From Candidatus Nitrosopumilus koreensis AR1 (GTDB taxonomy: Archaea > Thermoproteota > Nitrososphaeria > Nitrososphaerales > Nitrosopumilaceae): a DNA stretch of 32,000 nt. Location: positions 450,001 to 482,000 of the forward strand of contig NC_018655.1 of assembly GCF_000299365.1 (NCBI RefSeq), given 5' to 3'. Below are positions 17,710-26,481 of this stretch, piece by piece; position 1 is the stretch's first letter; each line of letters begins with the position of its first letter. The position numbers and the translations under genes are program-made. Under the pieces are notes generated by a model. It worked only from the letters and a program-made list of their open reading frames with translations. It did not search any database and was not told the origin of the DNA.

Positions 17710-17756
17710 ACAACTCCTCGTAAAATCTTATTAAATAAAAAAACCGAGTAACGACA

Positions 17757-18506
17757 TTGGATATTAAAACAAACAGCGAAGTTGCATTAGCTCATCTAAA
17801 AAACAAACAGTACATCACAGCTCATAATTTATTCTCAAATCAGGCAGAATCTATAAAAAAATCTGAACCTGTCAAGTCTGCCTTATTGTATATGTTAGCA
17901 GCTGAATGTAAAAAACAACATGGAAAAGAATATGAAAATGAGATTGGTGAAGCTGGAAATTTATTTCTGAAATACTCTACTCTAAAAAATTCTGATAATG
18001 TAAAAGGCGCACTTCTATGTGCTTCAAAATGTTTTTTAAAATTAGGTGATTTTGATAAAGCAAGAGATACATATCAACAAGCAAAGACAATGTTTTCAAC
18101 AATAGCTCAAGTTACAAGACCTATTGTGATTGTTGATGACAGTAAAGCCATAGCATTAAAACTACAAACTTATGTTAAGAAATTGGGATATTCTGATATT
18201 CATGTCTTTGAAAATGGGAAAAATTGTGTTAAAGGATGTAAGTCATTGTTTTCTGAAGGAAAACAACCTATACTTCTTTTGGATATGGGGTTGCCTGATC
18301 TTGAAGGTGATGGTGTTGCAGAAAAATTACTTAAAGAAAAATTAGATTTACAAATTATAGTTATTACTGCTGATGAAAAAACAACTCAACGTGTACACAA
18401 AACACTTAGTTCCGGAGTATCTGCCTTTATTCAAAAGCCTTTCACATTAGATGAAGTCAAAAAGGCCATAGACGTTGCAGAATCGGAATATTCTTTGTTA
18501 CAATAA
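17757..18506 (+). CDS. Orphan response-regulator receiver protein with N-terminal helical TPR/SNAP-like repeats
   Basis: N-terminal ALLCASKCFLKLGDFDKARDTYQQAKTMF repeat-like helices; C-terminal REC IVIVDDSKAIALKLQTYVKKLGY...ILLLDMGLPDLEGDGVAEKL...IIVITADE...GVSAFIQKPFTLDEV. Confidence 0.85.
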   Translation: MDIKTNSEVALAHLKNKQYITAHNLFSNQAESIKKSEPVKSALLYMLAAECKKQHGKEYENEIGEAGNLFLKYSTLKNSDNVKGALLCASKCFLKLGDFDKARDTYQQAKTMFSTIAQVTRPIVIVDDSKAIALKLQTYVKKLGYSDIHVFENGKNCVKGCKSLFSEGKQPILLLDMGLPDLEGDGVAEKLLKEKLDLQIIVITADEKTTQRVHKTLSSGVSAFIQKPFTLDEVKKAIDVAESEYSLLQ

Positions 18507-18998
18507 CAATAATGACATGTTGAGAATATTTACATCTCTGATGTCGATTTCATTAATTCTGTAATCTGTTATCTCTTCAGAGAATTTCTCTACAATTTTT
18601 TCCGACGTGTTATCTTTTTCAGATTCTATCTGTACGATTATTTGCATCTTCCATTCTCCTTCCATGTTTGCAACCAGAACATAGTTGTTTAATTTCTTAA
18701 CAAAGTCTATAATAGAATCTCTAACTGACTCCAGTGATTTTGATGGTTTTAATTTTATCATTACTGATTGATACTTGTTAATTCCTGATACATCTGTTAG
18801 AACTGCCTTGTATCCTTTAATGATTCCACTTTTTTCTAAACGCTCAATTCTCTTTCTGATCGTTCTGTCTGAAACATCATGTCCTAATTTTTCTAATTCT
18901 GTGGCAATTTCTTTTGATGGTGTTCTGGCATTGTTGTTAAGAATCTCAATAATTTTCTGATCTACTTTGTCTAAGTTAGACCATGCATCCTCACTCAT
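18498..18998 (-). CDS. Lrp/AsnC family transcriptional regulator
   Basis: LDKVDQKIIEILNNNARTPSKEIATELEKLGHDVSDRTIRKRIERLEKSGIIKGYKAVLT plus ligand-binding-like domain. Confidence 0.93.
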   Translation of the reverse strand: MSEDAWSNLDKVDQKIIEILNNNARTPSKEIATELEKLGHDVSDRTIRKRIERLEKSGIIKGYKAVLTDVSGINKYQSVMIKLKPSKSLESVRDSIIDFVKKLNNYVLVANMEGEWKMQIIVQIESEKDNTSEKIVEKFSEEITDYRINEIDIRDVNILNMSLLLL

Positions 18999-19064
18999 AC
19001 AAATCCAGAATCTTCATGCTTTTTGTATTTTTGGTTGATTTTACACTTGTGCCATAAAAATTGA

Positions 19065-19628
19065 TTATTCTTCTAAGAACCAACCTGATTCAAATAGGTC
19101 ACTATCCTGTTCTTCTCCGATTTCTGTTGCAAATCTCCAAATAAATGGAGAATCTGTGTACATTTGCTCTTTAATTTTTAACAATGATTCTATTTCAGAA
19201 TTCAGGTTTTCATCTGCTGTTTTATGTTCTTTACAAAATTTACATTTTTCATCAAGTGTAATTGGATCTGATTCAATTAATGGATATGTTCTACATGCCA
19301 TTGGTCTGTCGTTGTATATCTTACATGGAAATCCATTATGTGGTGATTTATTCCCGCTTTCTGTATCTAAAAAAGGACAAGTATTGCCGTTTTTTTCAAT
19401 TCCCATCATTTGATACGCTAAAATTTTTTCAGGTGATGATTCTTTTTTATTTGAAATTCCTATTCTTGGTAAAATTTTAATGTCCAAATTTTTTTCTTGT
19501 GCTAACTTCTCAATTTTCTTTTTTTCATCAGGCAGAATCAAAACACCAATTTTTCCAAATTTTTTACTTGGAAAGTACTCTCTTTCAATACAACACTGTG
19601 AACATTCTTCAATACACCTAAACTCCAT
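19065..19628 (-). CDS. YkgJ-like Fe/Zn-chelating cysteine cluster protein
   Basis: CIEECSQCCIEREYFPS...GNTCPFLDTE...PHNGFPCKIYNDRPMACRTYPLI...KCKFC. Confidence 0.83.
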   Translation of the reverse strand: MEFRCIEECSQCCIEREYFPSKKFGKIGVLILPDEKKKIEKLAQEKNLDIKILPRIGISNKKESSPEKILAYQMMGIEKNGNTCPFLDTESGNKSPHNGFPCKIYNDRPMACRTYPLIESDPITLDEKCKFCKEHKTADENLNSEIESLLKIKEQMYTDSPFIWRFATEIGEEQDSDLFESGWFLEE

Positions 19629-19720
19629 ATTTTCTTTCTAATTCTAACGCATAAAACTCATTACAATAATCTATTTTTTTAAAAAAACCTATCAGTTATA
19701 TGCTCATAATGTGGTCTACT

Positions 19721-20035
19721 ATTATGGGTAAGCGCCAAGTAAAAAGTGAAAGTGCATTAAAAGAAATACGTCTTCCAGAAGAGGGGGAATTATTTGGCAG
19801 GGTTCTTAAGATGCTTGGTGGCGAAAACGTCTTGATCAAATGTACTGATAATATCACAAGACGAGGTAGAATCCGAGGAAAATTAAAGAGACGAGTTTGG
19901 ATCAGAGATAATGATATTGTAATTATTGCACCTTGGGATTTTAACGAAGCTGAAAAAGGTGATATTGTTTGGAGATTCACTCTTCCTCAAGTTGAATGGC
20001 TAAAGGAAAACGGACACATTCCAAAAGATTTCTAA
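19721..20035 (+). CDS. eif1A: Translation initiation factor aIF-1A
   Basis: MGKRQVKSESALKEIRLPEEGELFGRVLKMLGGENVLIKCTDNITRRGRIRGKLKRRVWIRDNDIVIIAPWDF...; start placed at an in-frame ATG 7 codons inside the track ORF (19700). Confidence 0.93.
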   Translation: MMGKRQVKSESALKEIRLPEEGELFGRVLKMLGGENVLIKCTDNITRRGRIRGKLKRRVWIRDNDIVIIAPWDFNEAEKGDIVWRFTLPQVEWLKENGHIPKDF

Positions 20036-20080
20036 TTTAACACCTTAGTTAATATAGTGAATAAACTACTCGAAAACTAA

Positions 20081-20272
20081 ATGGAACAAGGTACCGTAAA
20101 ATGGTTTAACCGTACTAAGGGCTTTGGTTTTATTGAAAGAGAAGGTGGAGACGATCTATTTGTTCACAAAACAGATGTTGACGGATTCATCAACGAAGGC
20201 GATAAAGTCGAGTTTGAAATCGGTGAAGGCAAAAAAGGCCCAGCAGCACAAAAAGTCAAAAAAACAGAATAG
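20081..20272 (+). CDS. cspA: Cold-shock domain protein (CspA family)
   Basis: [63 protein letters not shown]; RNP1-like KGFGFI and RNP2-like DLFVH. Confidence 0.95.
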   Translation: MEQGTVKWFNRTKGFGFIEREGGDDLFVHKTDVDGFINEGDKVEFEIGEGKKGPAAQKVKKTE

Positions 20273-20365
20273 ACAATGAATTTTTAATTTAAGATTTCAT
20301 CTTATGTTTTCTTAACCTAGTCTATCTTTTTATTATTTTTACAATTATTTTAAATCAAAAGTTTG

Positions 20366-20492
20366 TGGTCCCAAGCGAAGGAATTGAACCTTCGACAACC
20401 CGGTTTCTGTATGCCTGATATGCTGTTATTCGGTCAGCCATCTAAAGCCAACAACTACAGCCGGAAGCTCTACCAGGCTGAGCTAGCTTGGG
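20366..20492 (-). tRNA. tRNA-Tyr(GTA) with 50-nt intron at 20405-20454 and encoded CCA
   Basis: Minus strand: acceptor CCCAAGC/GCTTGGG + A + CCA, D arm GCTC/GAGC, anticodon stem TCCGG/CCGGG (one U-G pair), loop CTGTAG|intron|A; CTGT (32-35) pairs perfectly with ACAG near the intron 3' end, giving the 4-bp helix with 3-nt bulges (bulge-helix-bulge); T arm GAAGG-TTCAATT-CCTTC; C1-G72 as usual for archaeal tRNA-Tyr. Confidence 0.94.
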
Positions 20493-20592
20493 ACAAGAAG
20501 AACGAAGTTTACTGCTATTAAAAAACTATCGTAGTGATTTGATCGACTAATCAATATAAGCATAAATAGTCTTCACCGTTGTTCATTGTTTA

Positions 20593-21201
20593 ATGTCCAA
20601 ACTCCAATTGTCGTATTCTGGTTATGTTTGTGCACCGTATTTGCACACTCATGAATCGGTTACACTAAAAGAATCTTGGATAGCATCAAAAAATATTGAA
20701 AGGTTGTACTTTGTGACTGGTACATTTTCATCTGAAAGTAAACCTTATTTTTCAGATTCAACAAATCATTATCTTTTAGCTAAATTCAAGGACAGTTCAA
20801 AGATCACAAATGATCTTGTTGCTCACAACCAAGAAAAAACATCTTTCGTCTTTAATGTCAAAGATGATCTATTCCAACATGAGGTTCAAGGGGATGTAAA
20901 TTTTGTGTCTGTCTATTATATGGAATATGGCGAAGATGAGGATCTCTCTGAAATTGCCCATTTGTTGGTAAAAAAAGACCAGATTGAGACAGCAGGAATC
21001 GGAAACATGGAAACTTTTTGCTCACATCCCTCCAAATTTACATTTCCATACTCTGAAAACATTATTGTCATAGAAGTAGCAAGTGAAAAGAGTCATCAAA
21101 GTGTAAAAAAATATTGTGAGCAAACTAGACGAGATGCTAATCGAAAAGGACTGACAATGACTAATTTGATGAGTCTTTCAATTTTAGAGCAACTAAAGTA
21201 G
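20593..21201 (+). CDS. Hypothetical protein, 202 aa
   Basis: Complete soluble ORF without a recognised family. Confidence 0.7.
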   Translation: MSKLQLSYSGYVCAPYLHTHESVTLKESWIASKNIERLYFVTGTFSSESKPYFSDSTNHYLLAKFKDSSKITNDLVAHNQEKTSFVFNVKDDLFQHEVQGDVNFVSVYYMEYGEDEDLSEIAHLLVKKDQIETAGIGNMETFCSHPSKFTFPYSENIIVIEVASEKSHQSVKKYCEQTRRDANRKGLTMTNLMSLSILEQLK

Positions 21202-21235
21202 AAAAGTTAAATATTCGACCAAAAACTGTTTTTGC

Positions 21236-21646
21236 ATGAGTAAACCATCTGACCTTGGTTCGTTAAAAATTGGTTCTTACATTCTATTGCCCCATTCAGA
21301 TCAACCAAGTGGTGAACCATGCAGAATTGTTGAATATGATACATCAAAACCCGGAAAACATGGTGCAGCAAAAGCAAGAATCGTAGCTGAGGGAATTTTT
21401 GATGGTCAAAAAAGACCTCATGTAGGACCTGTCAGTATGCAAATTCATGTACCTATGATTAACAAAAAAGTGGGCCAAATCATTTCTATGACTGGTGATA
21501 CTGTTCAGTTGATGGATTCTGAGACTTTTGAAACAATTGACGTTACACTAATTGACGATGAAGTTAAAGGAAAATTGGAAAACGGACAAAATGTAGAGTA
21601 TTGGGTTGTAATGGATAAAACTAAAATCATGCGCATTAAGACATAA
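21236..21646 (+). CDS. eif5A: Translation initiation factor aIF-5A
   Basis: SDLGSLKIGSYILLPHSDQPSGEPCRIVEYDTSKPGKHGAAKARIVAEGIFDGQKRPHVGPVSMQIHVPMINKK: hypusination-region motif GKHGAAKA. Confidence 0.95.
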   Translation: MSKPSDLGSLKIGSYILLPHSDQPSGEPCRIVEYDTSKPGKHGAAKARIVAEGIFDGQKRPHVGPVSMQIHVPMINKKVGQIISMTGDTVQLMDSETFETIDVTLIDDEVKGKLENGQNVEYWVVMDKTKIMRIKT

Positions 21647-21649
21647 TGC

Positions 21650-21715
21650 GGATGCTGATGATTATTGGAAAAGCCGTCTGATTTTGTGATGACGATTATG
21701 AGTATTGAAGCGTCC
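21650..21715 (+). ncRNA. Candidate C/D box sRNA
   Basis: C-like CTGATGA 21655-21661, D' CTGA 21678-21681, C' GTGATGA 21686-21692, D-like TTGA 21705-21708, exactly 12-nt C'-D spacer (CGATTATGAGTA), and flanking terminal stem GGATG (21650-21654)/CGTCC (21711-21715). Confidence 0.45.
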
Positions 21716-21757
21716 TTTGAGTAAACTTAAACAATTGTTGAACTGATTTTTTGTAAA

Positions 21758-22447
21758 ATGAAACTTGCTTCTCTTTTTTCAGGTGGAAAAGATAGCACTT
21801 TTGCCATCTATGCAGCACAAAAACAAGGTCATAAGGTATCCTGTCTTCTAAGCATATTTGCAAAATCTGATGAAAGTCATTTGCTACATCATCCAAACAT
21901 GCAATGGACAAAACTCCAATCTGAATCAATGCAAATTCCACAAATCACAATAAATTCTGATTCTGACAAAACCGAAGATGAACTTGTTGCATTAGAATAT
22001 TTGCTGAAAATTGCCAAGGATAAATATGGAATAGAAGGATTGGTTTATGGTGGAATTAAAAGTAATTTTCAAAAAGAAAAATTTGAAAAAATTTGTTCTA
22101 AATATGATTTGACTGTAATTGCACCTTTGTGGCATCTGGACCCAGAACAATACATGAATAATTTACTTGATGCAAAATTTTCTTTTATTATGGTTACAGT
22201 ATCTTCTGATGGCTTAGATGATTCATGGTTGGGAAAACGTATTGGATTTTCTGAAATAAATATTCTGAAAAGTTTATCTGAAAAGTTTGGATTTAATTTA
22301 AATTTTGAAGGTGGTGAAGCAGAAACATTTGTAATTGACTGTCCTTTATTTTCAAATTCGATCAAAATTAATCAAGCAGAAAAAAAATGGGATGGTTATA
22401 GAGGAAGGTTTGAAATAGTGGATGCAGAATTGAATTACAATGCTTGA
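21758..22447 (+). CDS. Diphthine-ammonia ligase-like ATP pyrophosphatase (Dph6 family)
   Basis: MKLASLFSGGKDSTFAIYAAQKQGHKVSCLL..., EGLVYGGIKSNFQKEKFEKIC, LAPLWH-like IAPLWHLDPEQYM, GGEAETFVIDCPLF. Confidence 0.9.
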   Translation: MKLASLFSGGKDSTFAIYAAQKQGHKVSCLLSIFAKSDESHLLHHPNMQWTKLQSESMQIPQITINSDSDKTEDELVALEYLLKIAKDKYGIEGLVYGGIKSNFQKEKFEKICSKYDLTVIAPLWHLDPEQYMNNLLDAKFSFIMVTVSSDGLDDSWLGKRIGFSEINILKSLSEKFGFNLNFEGGEAETFVIDCPLFSNSIKINQAEKKWDGYRGRFEIVDAELNYNA

Positions 22448-23765
22448 CGGACTTAAGAGTAGTTTAGGCGATGCAATCAAAAAGATTGTCAAATCATCGG
22501 GAATTGATGAAGAACTTATCAAGGAACTATCTAAGGATGTTCAAAGGGCATTATTGCAATCTGATGTTAATGTGAGGTTAGTTCTTGAAATTACAAAGCA
22601 TTTGGAGGAGCGTGCCCTAAATGAAACCCCTCCTCCAGGCCTTTCTAGGAAGGACCATATTGTAAAAATCCTATATGATGAACTCTCAAGCTTACTTGGA
22701 AATGAATCTGAATTTGATTTCAAGCCTGGAAAACAAAATAAAATCATTTTGTTGGGAATTCAAGGAAGTGGAAAAACCACTGTTGCCTCCAAACTTGCAA
22801 AATTCTTGACTAGACAGGGATACAAAGTTGGGGTTATTGGAGCTGATACCTATAGACCGGGAGCTTTAGTGCAACTCAAAACAATGTGTGAAAAATCAAA
22901 TGTTGAGGTATATGGAGAAGAAAATAACAAAGACTCTCCTAGCATTGTGAAAAATGGTTTGAAACACTATGAAGGACAACCATTAGATGTCATCCTAATT
23001 GATACTGCAGGACGCCATAAAGAAGAACAAGATCTACTTGAAGAAATGGATAGAATTAACAAAATTGCTGACCCTGATTTGGCGCTACTTGTAATTGATG
23101 GAACAATTGGACAACAATGTTTCAATCAAGCTGAGGCATTTCACAAAACAATACCTGTTGGTGGTGTTATAATCACAAAATTAGATAGTTCCGCAAAGGG
23201 AGGAGGTGCATTAGCTGCATCTGCTGCAACTGGTGCGCAAATAATGTACATTGGTACTGGTGAACGAATTGATGATTTAGAAAAATTCTCACCAACAAGA
23301 TTTGTTGGACGTCTATTGGGAATGGGTGATGTTCAAGCTGTTTTAGATTTGGCAAAACGTTTGGAAAATGAAGGTGATGATGTTCGAATGAAGAGAATCT
23401 CTAGTGGAAAAATGAATATGGATGATTTCTTTTATCAATTAGAGGAAGTAACTAAAGTTGGTTCACTTCAAGGATTACTTGAAAGTATGCCTGGTCTTTC
23501 TGGAATGGTAAAAGGTGATCAAGTAAATCAAATGGAAGACAGAGTTTCAAAATGGCGCTACATCATTCAAAGTATGACCAAAGAAGAGAAGGCAGATCCT
23601 GATTTACTAAACTCTTCTAGAATCAAAAGAATTGCACGAGGTTCAGGTTGGCCAGAAGGTGAAGTCAAAGAACTAATTAAAAATTATAAAAATTCTAAGA
23701 ATATGATGAAGGCTTCAAAAGGAAGACAAATGCAAGGCACTCTTAGAAGAATGGGATTAGGTTAA
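22440..23765 (+). CDS. srp54: Signal recognition particle GTPase SRP54
   Basis: LLGIQGSGKTTVASKLAKFL, VIGADTYRPGA, LIDTAGRHKEEQDLLEEM, ITKLDSSAKGGGAL, methionine-rich M domain. Confidence 0.97.
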   Translation: MLDGLKSSLGDAIKKIVKSSGIDEELIKELSKDVQRALLQSDVNVRLVLEITKHLEERALNETPPPGLSRKDHIVKILYDELSSLLGNESEFDFKPGKQNKIILLGIQGSGKTTVASKLAKFLTRQGYKVGVIGADTYRPGALVQLKTMCEKSNVEVYGEENNKDSPSIVKNGLKHYEGQPLDVILIDTAGRHKEEQDLLEEMDRINKIADPDLALLVIDGTIGQQCFNQAEAFHKTIPVGGVIITKLDSSAKGGGALAASAATGAQIMYIGTGERIDDLEKFSPTRFVGRLLGMGDVQAVLDLAKRLENEGDDVRMKRISSGKMNMDDFFYQLEEVTKVGSLQGLLESMPGLSGMVKGDQVNQMEDRVSKWRYIIQSMTKEEKADPDLLNSSRIKRIARGSGWPEGEVKELIKNYKNSKNMMKASKGRQMQGTLRRMGLG

Positions 23766-23783
23766 TAACGCATTTTTTCTAAA

Positions 23784-24929
23784 ATGACTAACTATCAAAA
23801 AATCATTCCTATTGCAAATCAAATATTAAAAAAACATGATTTGTGTGAACATTGTCTTGGAAGATTATTTTCAAAACAACTTAATCTTTCATCAAATAAA
23901 CTTCTTGGTAAAAAACTAAAGAAAAATTCTAAACCAAATCAAAGATGCTATATTTGTAAAAATCTGTTTGATAATCTGAATTATTTTTTAAATATGATGT
24001 TGGACTCTGCATCATCGTATTCTTATTCGTCATTTAGTGTTGGGGTTATAATAAAACCATCAATAATAGACCGAGATGACATTATTCGTTCAAAATACAA
24101 ACTAAAGGGAATAGATGGAATCAAAACTGATATTGTAAAAGAATTGGTAAAATTATTTTCTAAAAAAACAAAAAAGACTTTTGACTATTTAGATCCTGAA
24201 ATTGTATTTACTGTAAACCTTAAGGATGAAGATTGTACTCTCCGCTCAAAATCATTGACTCTTTCTGGAAGATATGTTAAATCTATACGAGGTTTTTCCC
24301 AAAAACAGAAATCTTGTTCAAATTGTTCTGGAAAGGGATGTAGGGTTTGTGATTTTCATGGAATTTTGGAATTTGATAGTGTTGAAGGGGAAATATCTCA
24401 ATTTCTTTTTAAAAAATTGGGCGGTACTACTGCTAAATTCACTTGGATTGGAGGTGAAGATAAATCTAGTTTGGTTCTGGGCTCTGGCAGGCCTTTTTTT
24501 GTAAAAATCCAAAATCCTTACAAAAGAAATCTGCAAATCTCTTATGCCAATTTAAAACATGTTCAAGTCAGCAATTTCAAAATTGTTCGAGAGTCTCCAA
24601 AGACCCCTCTGAAATTCAATTCTTTAGTTGAAGCAAAAATATCTACATCATCAAGCATTGACTCAAAACTTTTACAAAAAATAAAAACACTTGCTAAAAA
24701 TACTGTTGTCGTGTATGAAAAATCTGGAAAACGTTCTGAGAAGAAAATATTTTCAATAAAATATAAAAAACATGATGAAACTTCGTTTACATTATTTTTC
24801 AAATTTGAAGGAGGATTGCCTGTAAAACGTTTTGTTACTGGGGATGATGTTTCTCCTGGAATAACTCAAACGCTTGGTGTTCCTTGCAAATGCCTTGAAT
24901 TTGATTTTCATGATATTGAGGTAAAATGA
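23784..24929 (+). CDS. pus10: tRNA pseudouridine(54/55) synthase Pus10
   Basis: N-terminal CEHCLGRLFSKQL and CYICKN motifs; SGRYVKSIRGFSQK; GSGRPFFVKIQNP; FKFEGGLPVKRFVTGDDVSPGITQTLGVPCKCLEFDFHDIEV. Confidence 0.93.
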   Translation: MTNYQKIIPIANQILKKHDLCEHCLGRLFSKQLNLSSNKLLGKKLKKNSKPNQRCYICKNLFDNLNYFLNMMLDSASSYSYSSFSVGVIIKPSIIDRDDIIRSKYKLKGIDGIKTDIVKELVKLFSKKTKKTFDYLDPEIVFTVNLKDEDCTLRSKSLTLSGRYVKSIRGFSQKQKSCSNCSGKGCRVCDFHGILEFDSVEGEISQFLFKKLGGTTAKFTWIGGEDKSSLVLGSGRPFFVKIQNPYKRNLQISYANLKHVQVSNFKIVRESPKTPLKFNSLVEAKISTSSSIDSKLLQKIKTLAKNTVVVYEKSGKRSEKKIFSIKYKKHDETSFTLFFKFEGGLPVKRFVTGDDVSPGITQTLGVPCKCLEFDFHDIEVK

Positions 24930-24964
24930 TAACAATTAACTAGCTCTGATTCTTCCAAAGTACT

Positions 24965-25063
24965 ATGCCAATAAGAAAAAAAGGTAAACATCAAAGACAT
25001 GCTGATCAAAGGGCAGATAGACGAAGAAAAAAACAAGCAAAATCTGGAAAACCTAAATCATAA
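24965..25063 (+). CDS. 32-aa strongly basic small protein
   Basis: Hand translation MPIRKKGKHQRHADQRADRRRKKQAKSGKPKS*; fills the gap between pus10 and the next ORF; too short for the track. Confidence 0.5.
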   Translation: MPIRKKGKHQRHADQRADRRRKKQAKSGKPKS

Positions 25064-25099
25064 CCAAATCAACCTTTTTACATTCAAAATTGTCGAGGA

Positions 25100-25813
25100 A
25101 TGATGTTGGATCCGCTAATACGTTTCAAAGATGCACATTCTAAAGGAATAATCCCTGATGATGTATATGACCTTACAATCAAACGTTTCCCTTTTACTGT
25201 TGCAGGAATTAATAGAATTGAAAAAGCATCTGGAATTCGTTATCCTGTTGCATATGTGGAGCCATCATTAGTAATATCTGCACCAAACCCTAATTCTTAT
25301 GAATATGGTATCTTGTTTGCACGAACAATTCCTGTGGTATTTGAGGATAAATTCCAGGTTGTAATTCAAATTTCTGCTCCTTTGGTAGCTTATGGTCTGA
25401 AAGGTACGATTCATGCGATTTTGGCACATGAATTTTTACATTTTCTAGAATTAATACGAAAAATTTCAAAGATGGAATTACTCTCAGATGAAATCTCTGG
25501 AAATTTATTTGAAAATGTTTACAGTGATGAAACTAGATTGTTTGAACCCAAAGCTGTATTCAAAGATCGTACACTGCTAAACCATATCACAAAAAAATTC
25601 CCGGCTGGCTTTCGTGACTATAAACTTGAAGATAAAGTTACCAAATTTTGGATTGATAGGAATCTTCCAAAAATTAACATTTCTTTGGATTCTAATAATG
25701 TAAAATTGCCTGCAGATGCTCTCTCTAAAATTAAACTTGACCCTTCATTTGTTTCAAAACTTGAACAACTGGAAGAAAAGAGCTCTAAGATTCGTAAAAA
25801 GAAATTATACTAA
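25100..25813 (+). CDS. Putative zincin-like protein with HEFLH motif
   Basis: GTIHAILAHEFLHFLELIRK carries HExxH; no other family recognised. Confidence 0.6.
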   Translation: MMLDPLIRFKDAHSKGIIPDDVYDLTIKRFPFTVAGINRIEKASGIRYPVAYVEPSLVISAPNPNSYEYGILFARTIPVVFEDKFQVVIQISAPLVAYGLKGTIHAILAHEFLHFLELIRKISKMELLSDEISGNLFENVYSDETRLFEPKAVFKDRTLLNHITKKFPAGFRDYKLEDKVTKFWIDRNLPKINISLDSNNVKLPADALSKIKLDPSFVSKLEQLEEKSSKIRKKKLY

Positions 25814-25824
25814 GTTAAATTTTT

Positions 25825-25998
25825 TTATTGATTAAATTCTGTTAATCCACATTTTCCACATGTGTGTCTATCTTTGTGTTCTGACATAAAAACACCTTTA
25901 CCACATCTTGAACAAATTTTCTTGATTCGTGATACTTTGTCTCCGTCTACTTTGTAGTATGCATAGACATTTGGGCTTGAACCTTTCTTTCCTGCCAT
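25825..25998 (-). CDS. rps27ae: 30S ribosomal protein S27ae
   Basis: Hand translation [57 protein letters not shown]; C-X2-C...C-X2-C ribbon. 57 aa, missing from the track. Confidence 0.94.
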   Translation of the reverse strand: MAGKKGSSPNVYAYYKVDGDKVSRIKKICSRCGKGVFMSEHKDRHTCGKCGLTEFNQ

Positions 25999-26399
25999 TA
26001 TTCAGATTTCTCCTCTTCTTTTGGTTCTTCAGCAGGTGCTTCTGCTGCTTTTTCTTCTGCTGGAGTATCCTCCGCAGGCGCTTCTTGAGCTGCAGCTTCT
26101 GCTTCAGCAAGCTTTGCTTTTGATTTTTCTAATCTTGAGAAAATTGTTGGATTGACATGTTTCTTTGCCAATCCTTCATCTTCATACACAAAGAAAGTTC
26201 CTGTTACAATTGGTTTTCCAACATGAGTCTGTAACCTCATTGGGATTACCACTTTACCATCAAGTTTGAATTCTTTAGTAATCATATCGACTGCCTCGAG
26301 TTTTTTGAGTTTTCCTGCTAATCCTGCAAAATTGCATGTAAGCTCCCTTCTGGATAGGAATGTGTTATCTACGTCTGTGATGGTCTCAATGATTGACAT
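25998..26399 (-). CDS. rps24e: 30S ribosomal protein S24e with Ala/Glu-rich C-terminal extension
   Basis: [24 protein letters not shown]...[45 protein letters not shown]..., start at in-frame ATG 26399 rather than the track's 26513; stop overlaps the rps27ae start by 1 nt. Confidence 0.9.
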   Translation of the reverse strand: MSIIETITDVDNTFLSRRELTCNFAGLAGKLKKLEAVDMITKEFKLDGKVVIPMRLQTHVGKPIVTGTFFVYEDEGLAKKHVNPTIFSRLEKSKAKLAEAEAAAQEAPAEDTPAEEKAAEAPAEEPKEEEKSE

Positions 26400-26481
26400 G
26401 TATCCAAAATCCTTTAGATATTTCATATAAACCTTGATTGAAATAGGCAAGAAATTTAAGAAAATCTTGGTAAACTTTACT

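Noticed and set aside
21696-21941. ORF 21696..21941 on the minus strand
   Set aside because: Antisense to the start of the Dph6-like gene and part of the candidate sRNA; no motif support.
24929-24964. Possible second C/D-type sRNA (TGATAA...CTGA) after pus10
   Set aside because: Too short and without C'/D' boxes or a closing stem; the TGATAA includes the pus10 stop codon.
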